Notes: a model not told the origin generated them from the letters alone. Counted from the first letter of the whole stretch, positions 23,601 through 34,257 are shown. The stretch is DNA of 63,838 nt, filler included, from Craspedostauros australis (GCA_030167865.1; 17 parts of 17 records of this genome joined end to end with filler, not necessarily neighbours in it); one strand, 5' to 3'. Numbers and translations are program-made.

Positions 23601-24547
23601 GTGCGATGTGCTTCCTTACGTTCCGCCATTGGGTACACCCGGACCCAGTGAAACGGTGTACAGTAGATCATGGCGCATTTGTTGCCACGAATCGACTTGG
23701 TCTTCGCGTGCATGGTGTCGGCATAGAGTTGGGTGTTAAGTCGACGGTATCGTAGTTGCATGGCATATGGGTTGAGACGACGTGTGCCTGATGAATGTCG
23801 GAAGTCACGAATGGCCAGTTGTGTTGTTGCGTCAAGGGTACGTGATGCAGCTTCTGTCCCAATGCGCCAGCGTTGTGCGAGGATGTCGGGTGTGGTAGTC
23901 CCCTTTCGATTGGATGTGTGTGTGCCATGGATGTTGAGGGACGATATGGTTCGTTGTGATGAAAGAGACGCTCGGATGGCGTCTTCGTCGTCCCCTGACG
24001 ACCACTGGGATGGGTCCCATGTGGCCTCTTGTGTCATCATGACATGGATGCAGTCGCGATCGGATTGGATTTCTTGTTGTGTTGGCTTCCTCATGGGGAA
24101 GTAAGATACAGTGCCTTGCAATCGTAGAGGAATGTATAGGTCGTCGTCGGATGAGACCATAGAGTGGTCTTCCGGTTTCCGTTCGTGCTCTTTGATCATG
24201 AGCAGAGGAACATCATTCACGACTATACCCGCAGCCCTCATTTGATTGGGGCACAACAAAGGATGTTCAAGACGAGGAAAGTAGATCGATTGTGGAAAGA
24301 AAAGGATGAATGTTTGATATGTAATTGGATCATCGTATGCTATCGCAGCTGTGACGATTGGTGCATTATCGATGGACCCAAGTGAGTCGATAAAAGGGGT
24401 TGCAGTGACGGTTTGATCGGTCTGATGCACGATGTACGCAGTGTCACCAAAACAACAAGTATCCGCGTGTGAGTCGAGCTCTGCCCGTGGAGTATCAGAT
24501 GGCAGAGACATGCTGACGGACGTGAGCCGCCGAGTGCGACTTTGTGG
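20645..24547 (-). CDS. pol: CoDi-type Ty1/copia Pol: protease, integrase, chromodomain-like module, RT, RNase H
   Basis: ELDSHADTCC (protease); LYADTM...IIPDNA...QNKAEATIRE (integrase DDE); IIDHK...GWKLCIRWKDGSTSW (chromo-like); RKARLVAGGH, RALYGLKSSG and YTDD (RT); FVDADHAGD and VDNQSV (RNase H). Intact, and in frame with gag after a single TGA. Confidence 0.95.
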   Translation of the reverse strand, partial: PQSRTRRLTSVSMSLPSDTPRAELDSHADTCCFGDTAYIVHQTDQTVTATPFIDSLGSIDNAPIVTAAIAYDDPITYQTFILFFPQSIYFPRLEHPLLCPNQMRAAGIVVNDVPLLMIKEHERKPEDHSMVSSDDDLYIPLRLQGTVSYFPMRKPTQQEIQSDRDCIHVMMTQEATWDPSQWSSGDDEDAIRASLSSQRTISSLNIHGTHTSNRKGTTTPDILAQRWRIGTEAASRTLDATTQLAIRDFRHSSGTRRLNPYAMQLRYRRLNTQLYADTMHAKTKSIRGNKCAMIYCTPFHWVRVYPMAERKEAHRTLDELFRDHGIPHTIIPDNAKELVAGEFRRKLYKAQVSIRPIEAYIHNQNKAEATIRELRRHYRRLMTSTDTPEYLWDYCFEYCAEIRSHTALAIHDLHGETPATILSGDTADISHIAEFGWFDFVWYINIQDASMNVKQLGRYLGPSRSVGDAMCSYILTANGVVVSKSSVLPLSHDDTHSDVITHKCNEFMDTLRSKWKQRMEGITIDDDGDDVDDTTADIAILQNTEPLEPIVEPDDVDSATFDKYIATKVILPTGDEMQHGTVKQRKRDTEGNLIGRSHPNPMLDTAQYEVEFIDGHHEVFSANQIAENIYARIDDDGYTTMLMDEIIDHKRLPSVSSPSPHSKSTKGWKLCIRWKDGSTSWIHLRDAKEADPVRVAEYAADNKLVNEPAFKWWVPHTLRKRQRIIMATKRRHVRKNEMFGVELPTSVRHALAIDAATGTDLWRQAIAKEMKAVRPAFDIKELDTPDPVGYQYMECHMIFAVKVDLTRKARLVAGGHMTEAPATITYASVVSRESVRIAFLIAALNDLDILAADVQNAYLNAPCRERIYTRCGPEFGSDQGKIAIICRALYGLKSSGAAWRAHLAETLRDSLGFTSCRADSDVWMKPAVASDGSEYYEYVLVYTDDILAVSKQPRRILDAIDSHFFLKPSSIGPPTTYLGSTISQFHLTADPSRPKWSMGSQEYIKSALKIVTKYLTDHNLRLKTKAPSVLPNKYRPELDGSQLCDSEQMTFYQQLIGILRWTVELGRIDICCETSMMASYCVAPRIGHLHALFHMFAYLKSHDRSRLVFDDAYIDKPPVMQPNWNDFYPDAHEQLPADMPSPRGKEVQMTCFVDADHAGDRVTRRSRTGVLLFLNTSPILWYSKKQNSIETSTFGSEFTALKVATEIIIGMRYKLRMMGIPLDGPADVRVDNQSVVYNSSLPESQLRKKANAIAYHFVRESIAAGILVVQHEPSDTNLSDMLTKQQQGPRRKEQAQRVLF

Positions 24548-25565
24548 TCAGGAACGTCCTTGTTGGTTGCGACGAGTAGCCATGCTGCCGATTCCAGCCT
24601 GATTGTTGGTGCCAGACGGACTACCGCCTTGGTGAGTAGCATCAGTTGGCCCGTAATGGCCAGCCGTCTCTTCATGCGGACGTTTGGATGGCGTGCTCCT
24701 GCCCACCGACATGACCCCACGGCGTTTGTCTCGTTCAGCACGCATCTCAAGCGCCTTGCTCTTCTGTGCGGATGACATGACCGACCATTCGTCGGGTGAG
24801 TAGTGGCGATCAGTGATGACCATGTTCGGGTCGTATTTCTTGGGTTTGCCTTGACCTCCGCGACCACCCTTGCTTGGTGTTCCGTTGCGATTGCCACGAC
24901 CGCCTTTACCACGGTCCATCGATCCAATAGAGCGTCTGGGTGATGCGATTTGCTTGTGGTCAATGACTTCGCTCAGGACATTGATAGCTCCGGGCAAGTC
25001 TTCACGAAGAGCTTCGTTGATCTTGATGGCAACACATGCACTGTCAAGACGAGAGTCACGGATACCATCGAGGAAGTGGCGCACTTTCGCCGCGTTCACA
25101 AGTGGTTCACCGCATCGTGCCATGTCTTCGAATGCGCCTTTCATGATCTGTGCGTATCGTTCAAAAGTGAATTGACGNGATTTGCCATCATAGAAGCTCG
25201 TTGCAATTGTCTTGGATGCTGCTGCCTTGGTACGAGCCTGAAACGAGTCACCATGGTAATGCTCCTTGAGTGCGATGAACGCTGCACGACCATTGCGTGC
25301 GCGCTCGAAGCCTTGGACCCAAGCCCATGCGGGTCCGCCGTGAGTGACATGGCGAACAACCTGCCACACTTTCGCGTTGTCAGCATCGTAGCGGATGTCT
25401 TCATGGATTGCACGATCGATCAGCTCCTCCTTCATGGTAGGTACACCAAACCCATCATTGATGGCCGGTGTGCGGTCTTCAGGTTTGCGTGAATCCTCAC
25501 GGATCACATAGGAAAGTGGAGTGTCGAGTGCACCATGTGTGTTCTCCAAGTAGTTCTGAATGTCT
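24548..25565 (-). CDS. gag: Gag of the same CoDi-type element (5'-truncated at the scaffold edge)
   Basis: PLSYVIRE...DNAKVW...NGRAAFIALKEHYHG...KVRHFLDGI plus a Gly/Arg-rich tail, directly upstream of pol. Confidence 0.88.
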
Positions 25566-25665
25566 NNNNNNNNNNNNNNNNNNNNNNNNNNNNNNNNNNN
25601 NNNNNNNNNTTAATTAATTAANNNNNNNNNNNNNNNNNNNNNNNNNNNNNNNNNNNNNNNNNNNN

Positions 25666-28600
25666 TTCGCGATGCCAGCTCCGTACACGAGCAGTCCTTG
25701 CACTTCAGCAATGGCCACCAAGATGCGGAACTCCGTGAGGTCAGGAGTAACAGCGTATGTGTGACCAAATATGGGCACATTGCCTCCCCAGGTGGACCTG
25801 TCACAAATGGCACAAGCTTTTTACAGTTGCTCCCATGTGTCTTTACGACGCCAAACCAAACCCAGTTGAAGACTGCCGTGCCTGGCCGTGCCTCAATGGG
25901 CTCGCAGAACATGCCTTGGTGATGACATTGCTCCATTTTCTTGAGTTTGACTTGTTGCTCCTCATCTCAATCATCGCGCTGGAGCAGTTTGCGCCAGGTG
26001 AGCTTCGGAGCAGCCTCCACTTGACATGCAGTTGGTGAGATGTGATCAAGGATGGAGCCGATATGCCCAAGTTGGTCAAAGTACATTTGTGGAACACCGT
26101 GCTGTGTGAGGGAGTTGCGAATATTGTTGAATACAAAGACCGTGTCGCTCGCATCCAGTATAGCCTGGGTGAGATCCGGCAGCGAGCGGATATCATGGTC
26201 ACCAATGACCAGCAAGTAGACACTCTTGAGCCAGGATCTCCACCGCAGAATGCGCGCTGCAGTCGAACCCGGCTTGCATTGTGTGAGACACAGACGCCCT
26301 CAGAGCTCCTCAGGCACAAATTCCAACCCTGCAGTTGGAATGCTGTCAGAGAGGTGGATGTGCTCATGGAATACCCTTTGGTAGGGATCCACAGTCCTGC
26401 GCACAATGTAGGCACTGTCAACACCGTCAACAGAGCATGCTGCTGCAGCTGCATGGAGCATGTCATTGTCATGCGTACTGTAGTTGGCGCACTCGATAGG
26501 AAGGCGTATGACCATCTGTCTTGGCTTTCTCAGCACCTGAACCATGCATGCCGTTGCCATCGTGAGACAGTTGAAACCCAAGGGTGAGCAGAAGTTGTAG
26601 TCCTGGCAGACGTTCATGGACAGAGAAGTGGGCCTCATCGAAGATCAGGTTGCCAGCGGTCTTGATACGCCCCGGATCCAAGTTGAAATATTCCTGGAGC
26701 GAGGGTGTGGCAGTATGACCAACAAAGATGCTGTTGTAGGTGTGGATGTCCAGCTTTGCGGCAGGATGGCCAGGCTTGCACACAACCACTCTGGAACCAA
26801 GACTTGCAGGTGGCTCAGGTTGGGCTTGACGTCATGCGGAAGCTGGTATGGAGTGGTGTTAATGATGGAGTGCCAAAGCCTATTCTTGACATACGCTGCA
26901 TGTGCAAGGGCACGAACCTGGAACTTGGGATGCAGGCCTGAGGAGTACATCAGTGATCTGGCCATCACACCAAAGGTGCAGTTGAGTCCCTCAACCTTGC
27001 CATTCATCCAAGCGCATCTGGCCCCAGTGGGTTCGAGAGTGTATCCTGCAGACCGGACGACCTCCTGGAAGGCACTCGATCATGCAAGCTTGCCACCAGT
27101 GTCAACCCTCACCGCCTTGCAACCATCCTTGCAGCCAAACTCACAAAGCAGGTTGGAAAATATGTCCACAGGTGGGGATCTGGTCTTGGTAGGGGAACAC
27201 CTAAGTGTACCGAGTGCACGCATCAGTGACAAGAAAGTACAAGTGTACCCTTCAAGAGGCTGGACCACCTGTTCGACTTGGCAGAGTTGCGCGACGACTC
27301 CTGTCCGTACTGAGGATCGGACGACCACATGAAGCCGTAGTCAGCATGGAATCTTGCGCCAGTGGAGGGAACAGGGCTGCCATCTTGAGGTCCTTGAGGA
27401 TCTGTCTGACACTGGGCTTGGCTGCATGTAGCACAATGCCGCATTGGATGTGCACAGTGGCAAGGAGGCCTGGAATACCAGAACTGTGCATATGGAGCCA
27501 CTTCATGTGCGACATACCAGCGCAGCCCAGGCACATATGCCAGAGCTCTGCGCTGAGTGCAGGCGGTGCACGCTGGACAGCGAACGCAGCCAGCTTGACA
27601 TCACCATTGGTATTGAAGAAGTAGAGTCCATTGCAACGACACATGGGCACATCAATGGAACAGCTGCGGCCATGGAAGGAGAGAACAGCCCCTGATGGAC
27701 CGCCATGGAGCACATAGCACACAAAGTCATTGTCCTGCTGGCGAACAATGGCCTGCAACAAGACAAAGTCTCAGCCAGATCAGGGCAGAGCATGGTGTTG
27801 GCCTAAATCACTCCACCACACAAGCTGGGAATGGTGAGAGTGCTTTCTCTCTGGCATACCATACAGGTCGCATTGGCATTGGCTGCAGCCAGTGGGACAA
27901 AATTGGTGTACCACTGATAGTCTTGGAGGATAGACCAGTCAGGCGCAGCACTGACGTTTGCGCAAGGATAGCATTCCCCCCACATTGTCTATAGGGTTCC
28001 ATGCATGCACTGTACTTCCAGAAGATGGGGCAAGTGAACAGCACAAGTGTGGGCAACTACAAAGGTGGCCAGCTTCGACAGAGTGATCTCTGGAGGGACA
28101 GACTGTGTGAGTGAGGGCACTTCATCAAGTGAATGTACTGCCTGTGTCCTGCTAGTGCATGGTGATAAAATATGCCGTTCGTCAAGAATTGTGCCCGATC
28201 CTGACCAGCGGGCCAAAATTGTGTTTAAGGGCATCCTGAATCGCATCAGACAAGATGAGATCAGAGAAGTCGCTGTCACCATGGTTCCTGAAGTGCTGTA
28301 GAGCATGAGCAGTTGCCTATGACCTGTTGCAACCAAAGTGGGTGCAATAGCTTTTGTGAATCTTGTTGGCCTCGTCAGGATGCACTTGCACAAAGTGCAT
28401 GAGATGGGTGGTGCGCCCAAAGGCTTTGCACATACATGCTTTGTATCCCATGTAGCAGCATGCTTCACAGAAGGAATCCAGATTGGGCTTGTAGAAGGTA
28501 TTGTGCCGCCTTCGCGACGCACTGTTGTCCTGTTGGTCACCTCGTCTGCCACAACTACTGCAGGTTTGAGTGCAGTGGGCCTTGAGTGAAACAGCACCGC

Positions 28601-30060
28601 CAGGGGGATCTAGAATTTCTTGGGCAAGCTGCTCGACATGCAGATTGAAAGGCAGTGCCTTGGGCGATGTCACAGTGCGCAGCATGGTGTGGTGATGCTC
28701 CAGCATGTACCCATGCTCATGCAGACCCTCGAGAGAGATAGGACTCAGGTTGAGGTTGGAGACAGAGCGGTGGAAGACGAGTCCCTTAATGTGCGGGAAG
28801 CCAAGCAGCTTCATAGCAAAACTCAACAGAGCCTTCAAAGGCCAGCTTAGAGTTCACATGCTGCTGCGCAGTGTCGAAAGCATTGGTGAGCACTTTGTGG
28901 AGGAGCATGTACGCAGAGAGCTGGTGTTGTAGGACATCAAAAACTGCTAGCATACTTGAGCCGGATAGTGGGATGGTCAGGATTGATGATTCCCTTGCCC
29001 TGGAGCTTGTCTAACAGCTTGCAGCTNNTGGAGAAGACACAAGAGCCATGGACGTTCCTGGGAATCACTGCTGTGCTGGGGTACAACAAATCCAATGAGC
29101 AAAAGTGGACATCCACCAATATCACAGCAGCATGGAGCTGCACGTACCACAAGAAGACTTGGTCAAGTGTATCATCCGCAAGCTTGATCTGCTGTCAATC
29201 CCGCACCTGCGATGCACCGAAACAGAGCAAATCGAGGGCATCACCAAATGGTGTAGCAATTGTGCCAACAGAGGGCAGGGGTGGAGTTCGTCACTGTGTA
29301 GGAAACACCAGACCCAGCAATGTAGCTGAACTCAAATGGATCTTGGGAAGGAATGGTGTCCTCACCAGGGACAGAAAATACTGTTTTCATGGAGAAAGCG
29401 CAGGGGGCATGGCATCGGCATGTTTGGCACAGCCACTGTTGGAAGCCTCATCAACAGGGGCGTCATCATTGGCAGGAGCCGTGGAAACCTGGCATCCCTG
29501 TCAGTGGTGGTGTCAACTGCATCAAACATGGGAACTGATGGTGGTGCAGTGCGCATTGGTGGAGTGATGTTGTAGACATGTGGAACAGTGATGGATTGGT
29601 ACAAAAAATGTGGAACTTGCAGGCCTGGAAGTTGGTGACCAATTCGTCATTGTTGCTGCTGTCTCCACAAGTGTTAAACCACAATCAAACTTCCCACATG
29701 CCATGGCTGTGGACAAGACTGCCACCCCAATGCACCAAATGGGCATGGAAGAAGGCATCATCACCGTTGAGTAAATTGTAGAATTCATGGTTGGTGGTGG
29801 TCTTGTTATCGTCCCACATGAGGGGAAACCACGTCCAACTGAGCTGCTCAGAGATGAGGCAGGCATCAACAAGAGCATGGCACTCCATGCTATCATTGTT
29901 GGAAGCCATGATGAATGGAAGAAGGAAGCAAGAACAGAGAGTATGGGGCAAAGAGGTTGAGGGAAGATATTGTGAATGCAACAGAATGTGATGTCCCAGA
30001 ATACTTAGGAAGAGAGGAAGTAATGAAAGACTCGTGTGACACGTGAAAAGGCCATAACCT
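25666..30060 (-). mobile_element. Heavily decayed Ty1/copia element with gag, protease, pre-integrase and integrase remnants
   Basis: The gag remnant 'FYKPNLDSFCEACC' is homologous to the 32252-33931 gag. Other remnants: 'ANVSAAPD' (protease-like), 'AELWHMCLG' (GAG-pre-integrase), 'VRVDTGGKLA', 'NGKVE' and 'GIFVGH/FDEAHFS'-like integrase motifs. Many stops and strong TG/CA enrichment. Confidence 0.85.
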
Positions 30061-30692
30061 TTCAATATTGTGTGAGTGTGGTGTGTATGACTTGGTACTA
30101 TTGGCGGATTTAGAGTATCGGAGATGTGATGATCTCTGTGGCAGCCAGTGTGCCTCCATCAGCGTCTGTCATCATACGGAAGTCCGCATGCCAACAAGCG
30201 AGTTTGCAAAAGTTGAACACAACAAAGCCAACTAAAAATACGCAAAAATACGCTAACTTCGACCAATTCGCACTGTCAGAATCTGCATTTTGGCATACTT
30301 CTGCCGCCTGCATCATCCAAAACAAGAAAAATATATGAATATGATCGCTTTCGAACGCCTGATGTGACGTCACGATACAGAATTGCGGGAAGACATCCAC
30401 GAACAGAAGAGAGGGGACAGAACGCATCGATGATAAAAACCTGTCGTAGTGACACACAGGATGGTATCGCATTCTTCTGTCGTGGTACCTGGCACCGTCA
30501 GAGACGAGAAACGACCACACGAGTGTCGAAGGAAGGAAGAGTCACTAAAAACAAGCAATTTGGTTACCGCTCCCCCCACTTTTGATGACGTCGTTGGTGT
30601 CTCAACACATGTCGCAAAAAAGATAAGTTGCAATCATTTCGGAACGGAGGAATACATGGAATACCAAAGAGCAGAGAGAAAGGATTCACATC

Positions 30693-32021
30693 ATGATGAA
30701 AGATGTGAACAATAATACGAGTACATCTGACAATGATGGTCACGATGGCGATGTTCATGACCATGTTCATGACATCCAGCAGTCGCTGCAATCATTGATG
30801 GTGTCAGCCACACCACCATCCGCATCATCCGTGCCATCCGTGCCATCCACGTCTGCACTTTCCCATCACAGTGGTACGACTACCACGACAACTCAGAGTA
30901 CGCCCGCCACTGCACAATCGGCAACTGCAACGACGACGACGACGACAAAGACACCACCGCACCTCCCTATCTCCATCATCCTGCAGCACATCCTCCCTTA
31001 CCTCAATCGCTGCACGCTCAACGCCGTCTGCCAATCCAGCAAGGAGATACATGAGGCCATCTTCGTCCAACGCAACCGCAATCGCTGCATTCCGCCATGG
31101 CCGCAAAAGTGGAACTGGGATATCAAACCTGCGCCAACGCCACCCGACATCAAGGCCGTTCACTTTCTGTGTCGCAACAGGTACCTCCTCGTCGTGCAAG
31201 GCGCAAAGATACGTTGCTTCGATGTCTACGATGGCAACTGCTGGTGCATCATCGATGATGCGCCCAAGGCCACCATCGAGACCGTCATCACGCACGACGA
31301 TCAGTGGTTGGCCTACTCCTGCACGCACGATCCCGGTCCCGCCACGATCCACCTCATGGGCTTCCAACGCCCCTTGACGCGCACGTACCGCACCATCGAT
31401 GAGACGACGACGTTCGGCATGGACATGGCGCGCGATGCGCAATGGATCGTCTCGTGCGGATATCGCGGATCCATCCACTTTCATGGTGGCGACGATGCGG
31501 CACCGCTGCATACGATCGAACCCACGCAAGCAAGTCTCTGCGCCATTCAGTTTGTGGACGGCGACAACCGCATCGTGGCGGCCGGCGATACCGGCATCAT
31601 CTATCACTGGCAGATCGAATGTGACGATCAGCGCAACATCGTGGCCACCACGTTGCTGCACGCGTGGGAGACGGGGGAAGACTACATCAATTACTTGTGC
31701 GTGGATGGATCTCGTCTGTGGGCGGCGGGGACATCTGTCTCGTGTTGGGATGACGAGGAATGCGTCTACGTGTGGGACGACGATGAGGAGTGCTTCTGCA
31801 TTGCGCGGGTGGGGCAGTGCTTGGCCGTGGGCGATGCGGAGTCCACCATCATGGTGTATCATCCCGATACAGGTGCGAGCTATCTGCTGCGGAATTATTC
31901 GGAAGAACCCAAGGCGCTTGCGGTTGCGAGAGGGATCATGGCCGTTGGATTTGGAGATGGGACGTTGCATCTGCATGAGCTTCAATTCAGGGACGGTCAA
32001 TGGGTCGTCGATGTGGACTGA
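30693..32021 (+). CDS. F-box-like plus WD40-repeat protein
   Basis: 442-aa intact ORF. A low-complexity N-terminus is followed by the F-box-like 'LPISIILQHILPYLNRCTLNAVCQSSKEIHE' and WD40-like blades (IVSCGYRGSIHF, IVAAGDTGIIYHW, LAVGDAESTIMVY, MAVGFGDGTLHL). Confidence 0.75.
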   Translation: MMKDVNNNTSTSDNDGHDGDVHDHVHDIQQSLQSLMVSATPPSASSVPSVPSTSALSHHSGTTTTTTQSTPATAQSATATTTTTTKTPPHLPISIILQHILPYLNRCTLNAVCQSSKEIHEAIFVQRNRNRCIPPWPQKWNWDIKPAPTPPDIKAVHFLCRNRYLLVVQGAKIRCFDVYDGNCWCIIDDAPKATIETVITHDDQWLAYSCTHDPGPATIHLMGFQRPLTRTYRTIDETTTFGMDMARDAQWIVSCGYRGSIHFHGGDDAAPLHTIEPTQASLCAIQFVDGDNRIVAAGDTGIIYHWQIECDDQRNIVATTLLHAWETGEDYINYLCVDGSRLWAAGTSVSCWDDEECVYVWDDDEECFCIARVGQCLAVGDAESTIMVYHPDTGASYLLRNYSEEPKALAVARGIMAVGFGDGTLHLHELQFRDGQWVVDVD

Positions 32022-32251
32022 TGNNNNNNNNNNNNNNNNNNNNNNNNNNNNNNNNNNNNNNNNNNNNTTAATTAATTAANNNNNNNNNNNNNNNNNNNNN
32101 NNNNNNNNNNNNNNNNNNNNNNNATCCACATAAACTTCGTCACCCTCTCTGCAATAGGAAATACCCATCCAGGCGCAGCTCCTCGTTCCTCTCTTCGCTC
32201 CTCGCTTCGATCGCTTTCCGCGTTCTCTCTTTTCTTTTTTTCGTTGACATC

Positions 32252-33931
32252 ATGGCTGACACCACTGAACAAGTCGATCACTTAAAGGTCACTCGTGCCC
32301 TTTTTGACCGATTCAACTGGCAATGGCTCGATGATTTCTCGAAACAGACACGGGTCAACACTGACGGTGAATTCTACGATTTCCTTGACGCCCCCGATGC
32401 TTACTTCGACCAGCTCTTTGATGCTTGGAAGCAGGGGTCATCCACCAGGCGCTTCGGGATGCAGCGGCTCCGCGCCTACGCCTTGGCGCATCCAGACTAC
32501 GACGCATGGTTTCCCACTCTCACGCGCAGCGACATTCGCAAGTTCGCTACCCCCGTTCCCAAGGACCCCGCTTTGCCTCCGGATACTGCGGGCGCTGCTG
32601 ACGGCAAGCCTACTGCGCGCACGGGCGCGAGCGAAGATGTCGCTGAACACCCTGGCCCTACGGGTGACACTCCCAGCGTGGAGACCCCACGTGTTGATCA
32701 GGGTATTGCCCCTACTCGCGACTTCCAGGCTGGCACTGGTACCACCGACAGTCCGTTCCAGGTTGGCGAGGACGGCGCGGAGGCCGCTGACTACATCACC
32801 GATTCAGGCCTTTCCTACTCCATGGCAAAGAACAACCCCGCTGTGCTCCAGCACTTTCACTACGTTGCTGTGCAGTCGCCCATCGAGCCTGACCGTGATT
32901 CGCTCGGCTTCTGGCAGCGCTGGGAGGTCAAGCTTGAGGTGGACGATCCCACCAGCGTCCTCAAGTGGTACACGCAGCTCCAGAGTGAGGCTGCCAACGT
33001 TGAGGCGCACATCTGCCCTCTCTCGGCTTTCAACCCCGCCTGCTCGGTCATTCCGAAAGGCGCTTCGAGAGCGCAAGTCTTCCGCACTGGTCGGTTGCTT
33101 GAGCAGAAGCTACAGCAATCCAGTGTGCTCGACCTGGGTCATCCATCCCTCAGCATGTTCTACGCTGGGAGCTTCGGGATCTTGCCTCATCGGCTCTCGT
33201 CCTTCGTGTTCTTACACCAGCTCCTGTCGGATGCGTACATGCGGGTCAAGAACGCTGTGAGCCAAGCGCCAGTGTACGGCGACTTCAACGACGTTGTCCA
33301 GTACGCCAACGCTCTCCTCGAGTTCCAACAGACAGAGGGAGTTGTACACCAGCGTGTGGTCACTGACGTGGAACTCACTCGTCGGTTCCTTGAAGGGCTC
33401 CGCTCGCAAGGCGTGCCTGTCGAGCACCACCTGACGTCTCTTGAACTGGTGCCTGGCGCTCGTCGAGTTCCACCTCATCTCCACGTGTCGACTTTGGCTC
33501 GCACCATCCGTGGGGACCCCACTGCGCCTGTCAAGCCTGTTGGGCATCGCGCGCAGACTCGGTCCTTCACGCGTGACAACCGCGGTGGCGGCCGTCGTGA
33601 GGAGCGCAAGAAGTCGGCTTTCTACCAGCCAGACAAGGACGCGTTCTGCGAGGCCTGCCGCCGGCCAGGGCACCGTTCTGGGACATGCTTGCCATGGGCG
33701 CGCGACCTCGCGTTCGCTGAGCTTCGCGAGGAGAAGCCTGACCTGGCCAAGAAGGTCCTGGCGGCGTACAAGGAGGCCTACTCCCGTGACCGTTCGCGCA
33801 CGGTTGCACGGGCCGTCAAGATGGTGCGTGAGGAATACGGCTCTGACGGCACCAGCGACGGTGATGGCGAGGCTTTCGACCGCACGGCCCAAATTCTCTT
33901 CCAGGATTTTGTGCTTGCCGGCCAGGAGTAG
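32252..33931 (+). CDS. gag: LTR-retrotransposon Gag with a CCHC zinc knuckle
   Basis: 559-aa ORF with CEACRRPGHRSGTC (CX2CX4HX4C). Homologous to the gag remnant of the decayed copia at about 28300-29300. A candidate slippery site lies just before the stop. Confidence 0.8.
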   Translation: MADTTEQVDHLKVTRALFDRFNWQWLDDFSKQTRVNTDGEFYDFLDAPDAYFDQLFDAWKQGSSTRRFGMQRLRAYALAHPDYDAWFPTLTRSDIRKFATPVPKDPALPPDTAGAADGKPTARTGASEDVAEHPGPTGDTPSVETPRVDQGIAPTRDFQAGTGTTDSPFQVGEDGAEAADYITDSGLSYSMAKNNPAVLQHFHYVAVQSPIEPDRDSLGFWQRWEVKLEVDDPTSVLKWYTQLQSEAANVEAHICPLSAFNPACSVIPKGASRAQVFRTGRLLEQKLQQSSVLDLGHPSLSMFYAGSFGILPHRLSSFVFLHQLLSDAYMRVKNAVSQAPVYGDFNDVVQYANALLEFQQTEGVVHQRVVTDVELTRRFLEGLRSQGVPVEHHLTSLELVPGARRVPPHLHVSTLARTIRGDPTAPVKPVGHRAQTRSFTRDNRGGGRREERKKSAFYQPDKDAFCEACRRPGHRSGTCLPWARDLAFAELREEKPDLAKKVLAAYKEAYSRDRSRTVARAVKMVREEYGSDGTSDGDGEAFDRTAQILFQDFVLAGQE

Positions 33932-34257
33932 ACCAACTCTCTGGTGAGCGGTACAAGGCCCCTGGTCATGATCGCGGGATGCATACAGGCACGCCTCTTG
34001 GCGATGCATCTCCGCTCGACGCTGNNNNNNNNNNNNNNNNNNNNNNNNNNNNNNNNNNNNNNNNNNNNTTAATTAATTAANNNNNNNNNNNNNNNNNNNN
34101 NNNNNNNNNNNNNNNNNNNNNNNNCCCAATCCGCAGACCAACAGCTCACGAGCTCACCCAAGCCGCGCACATCACGATTTGCGACAGGCACCGACGCCTC
34201 AGGCGATCGCACACACATGTCGACTTCGACAAAGTATTCCAGCATCTCCCACCACAA

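Noticed and set aside
30825..32000. 391-aa antisense ORF, and similar shadow ORFs at 911-1795, 33212-34009, 34179-35258 and 37624-38538
   Set aside because: They overlap better-supported genes or TE ORFs on the other strand or frame, and are expected from GC-rich codon bias.
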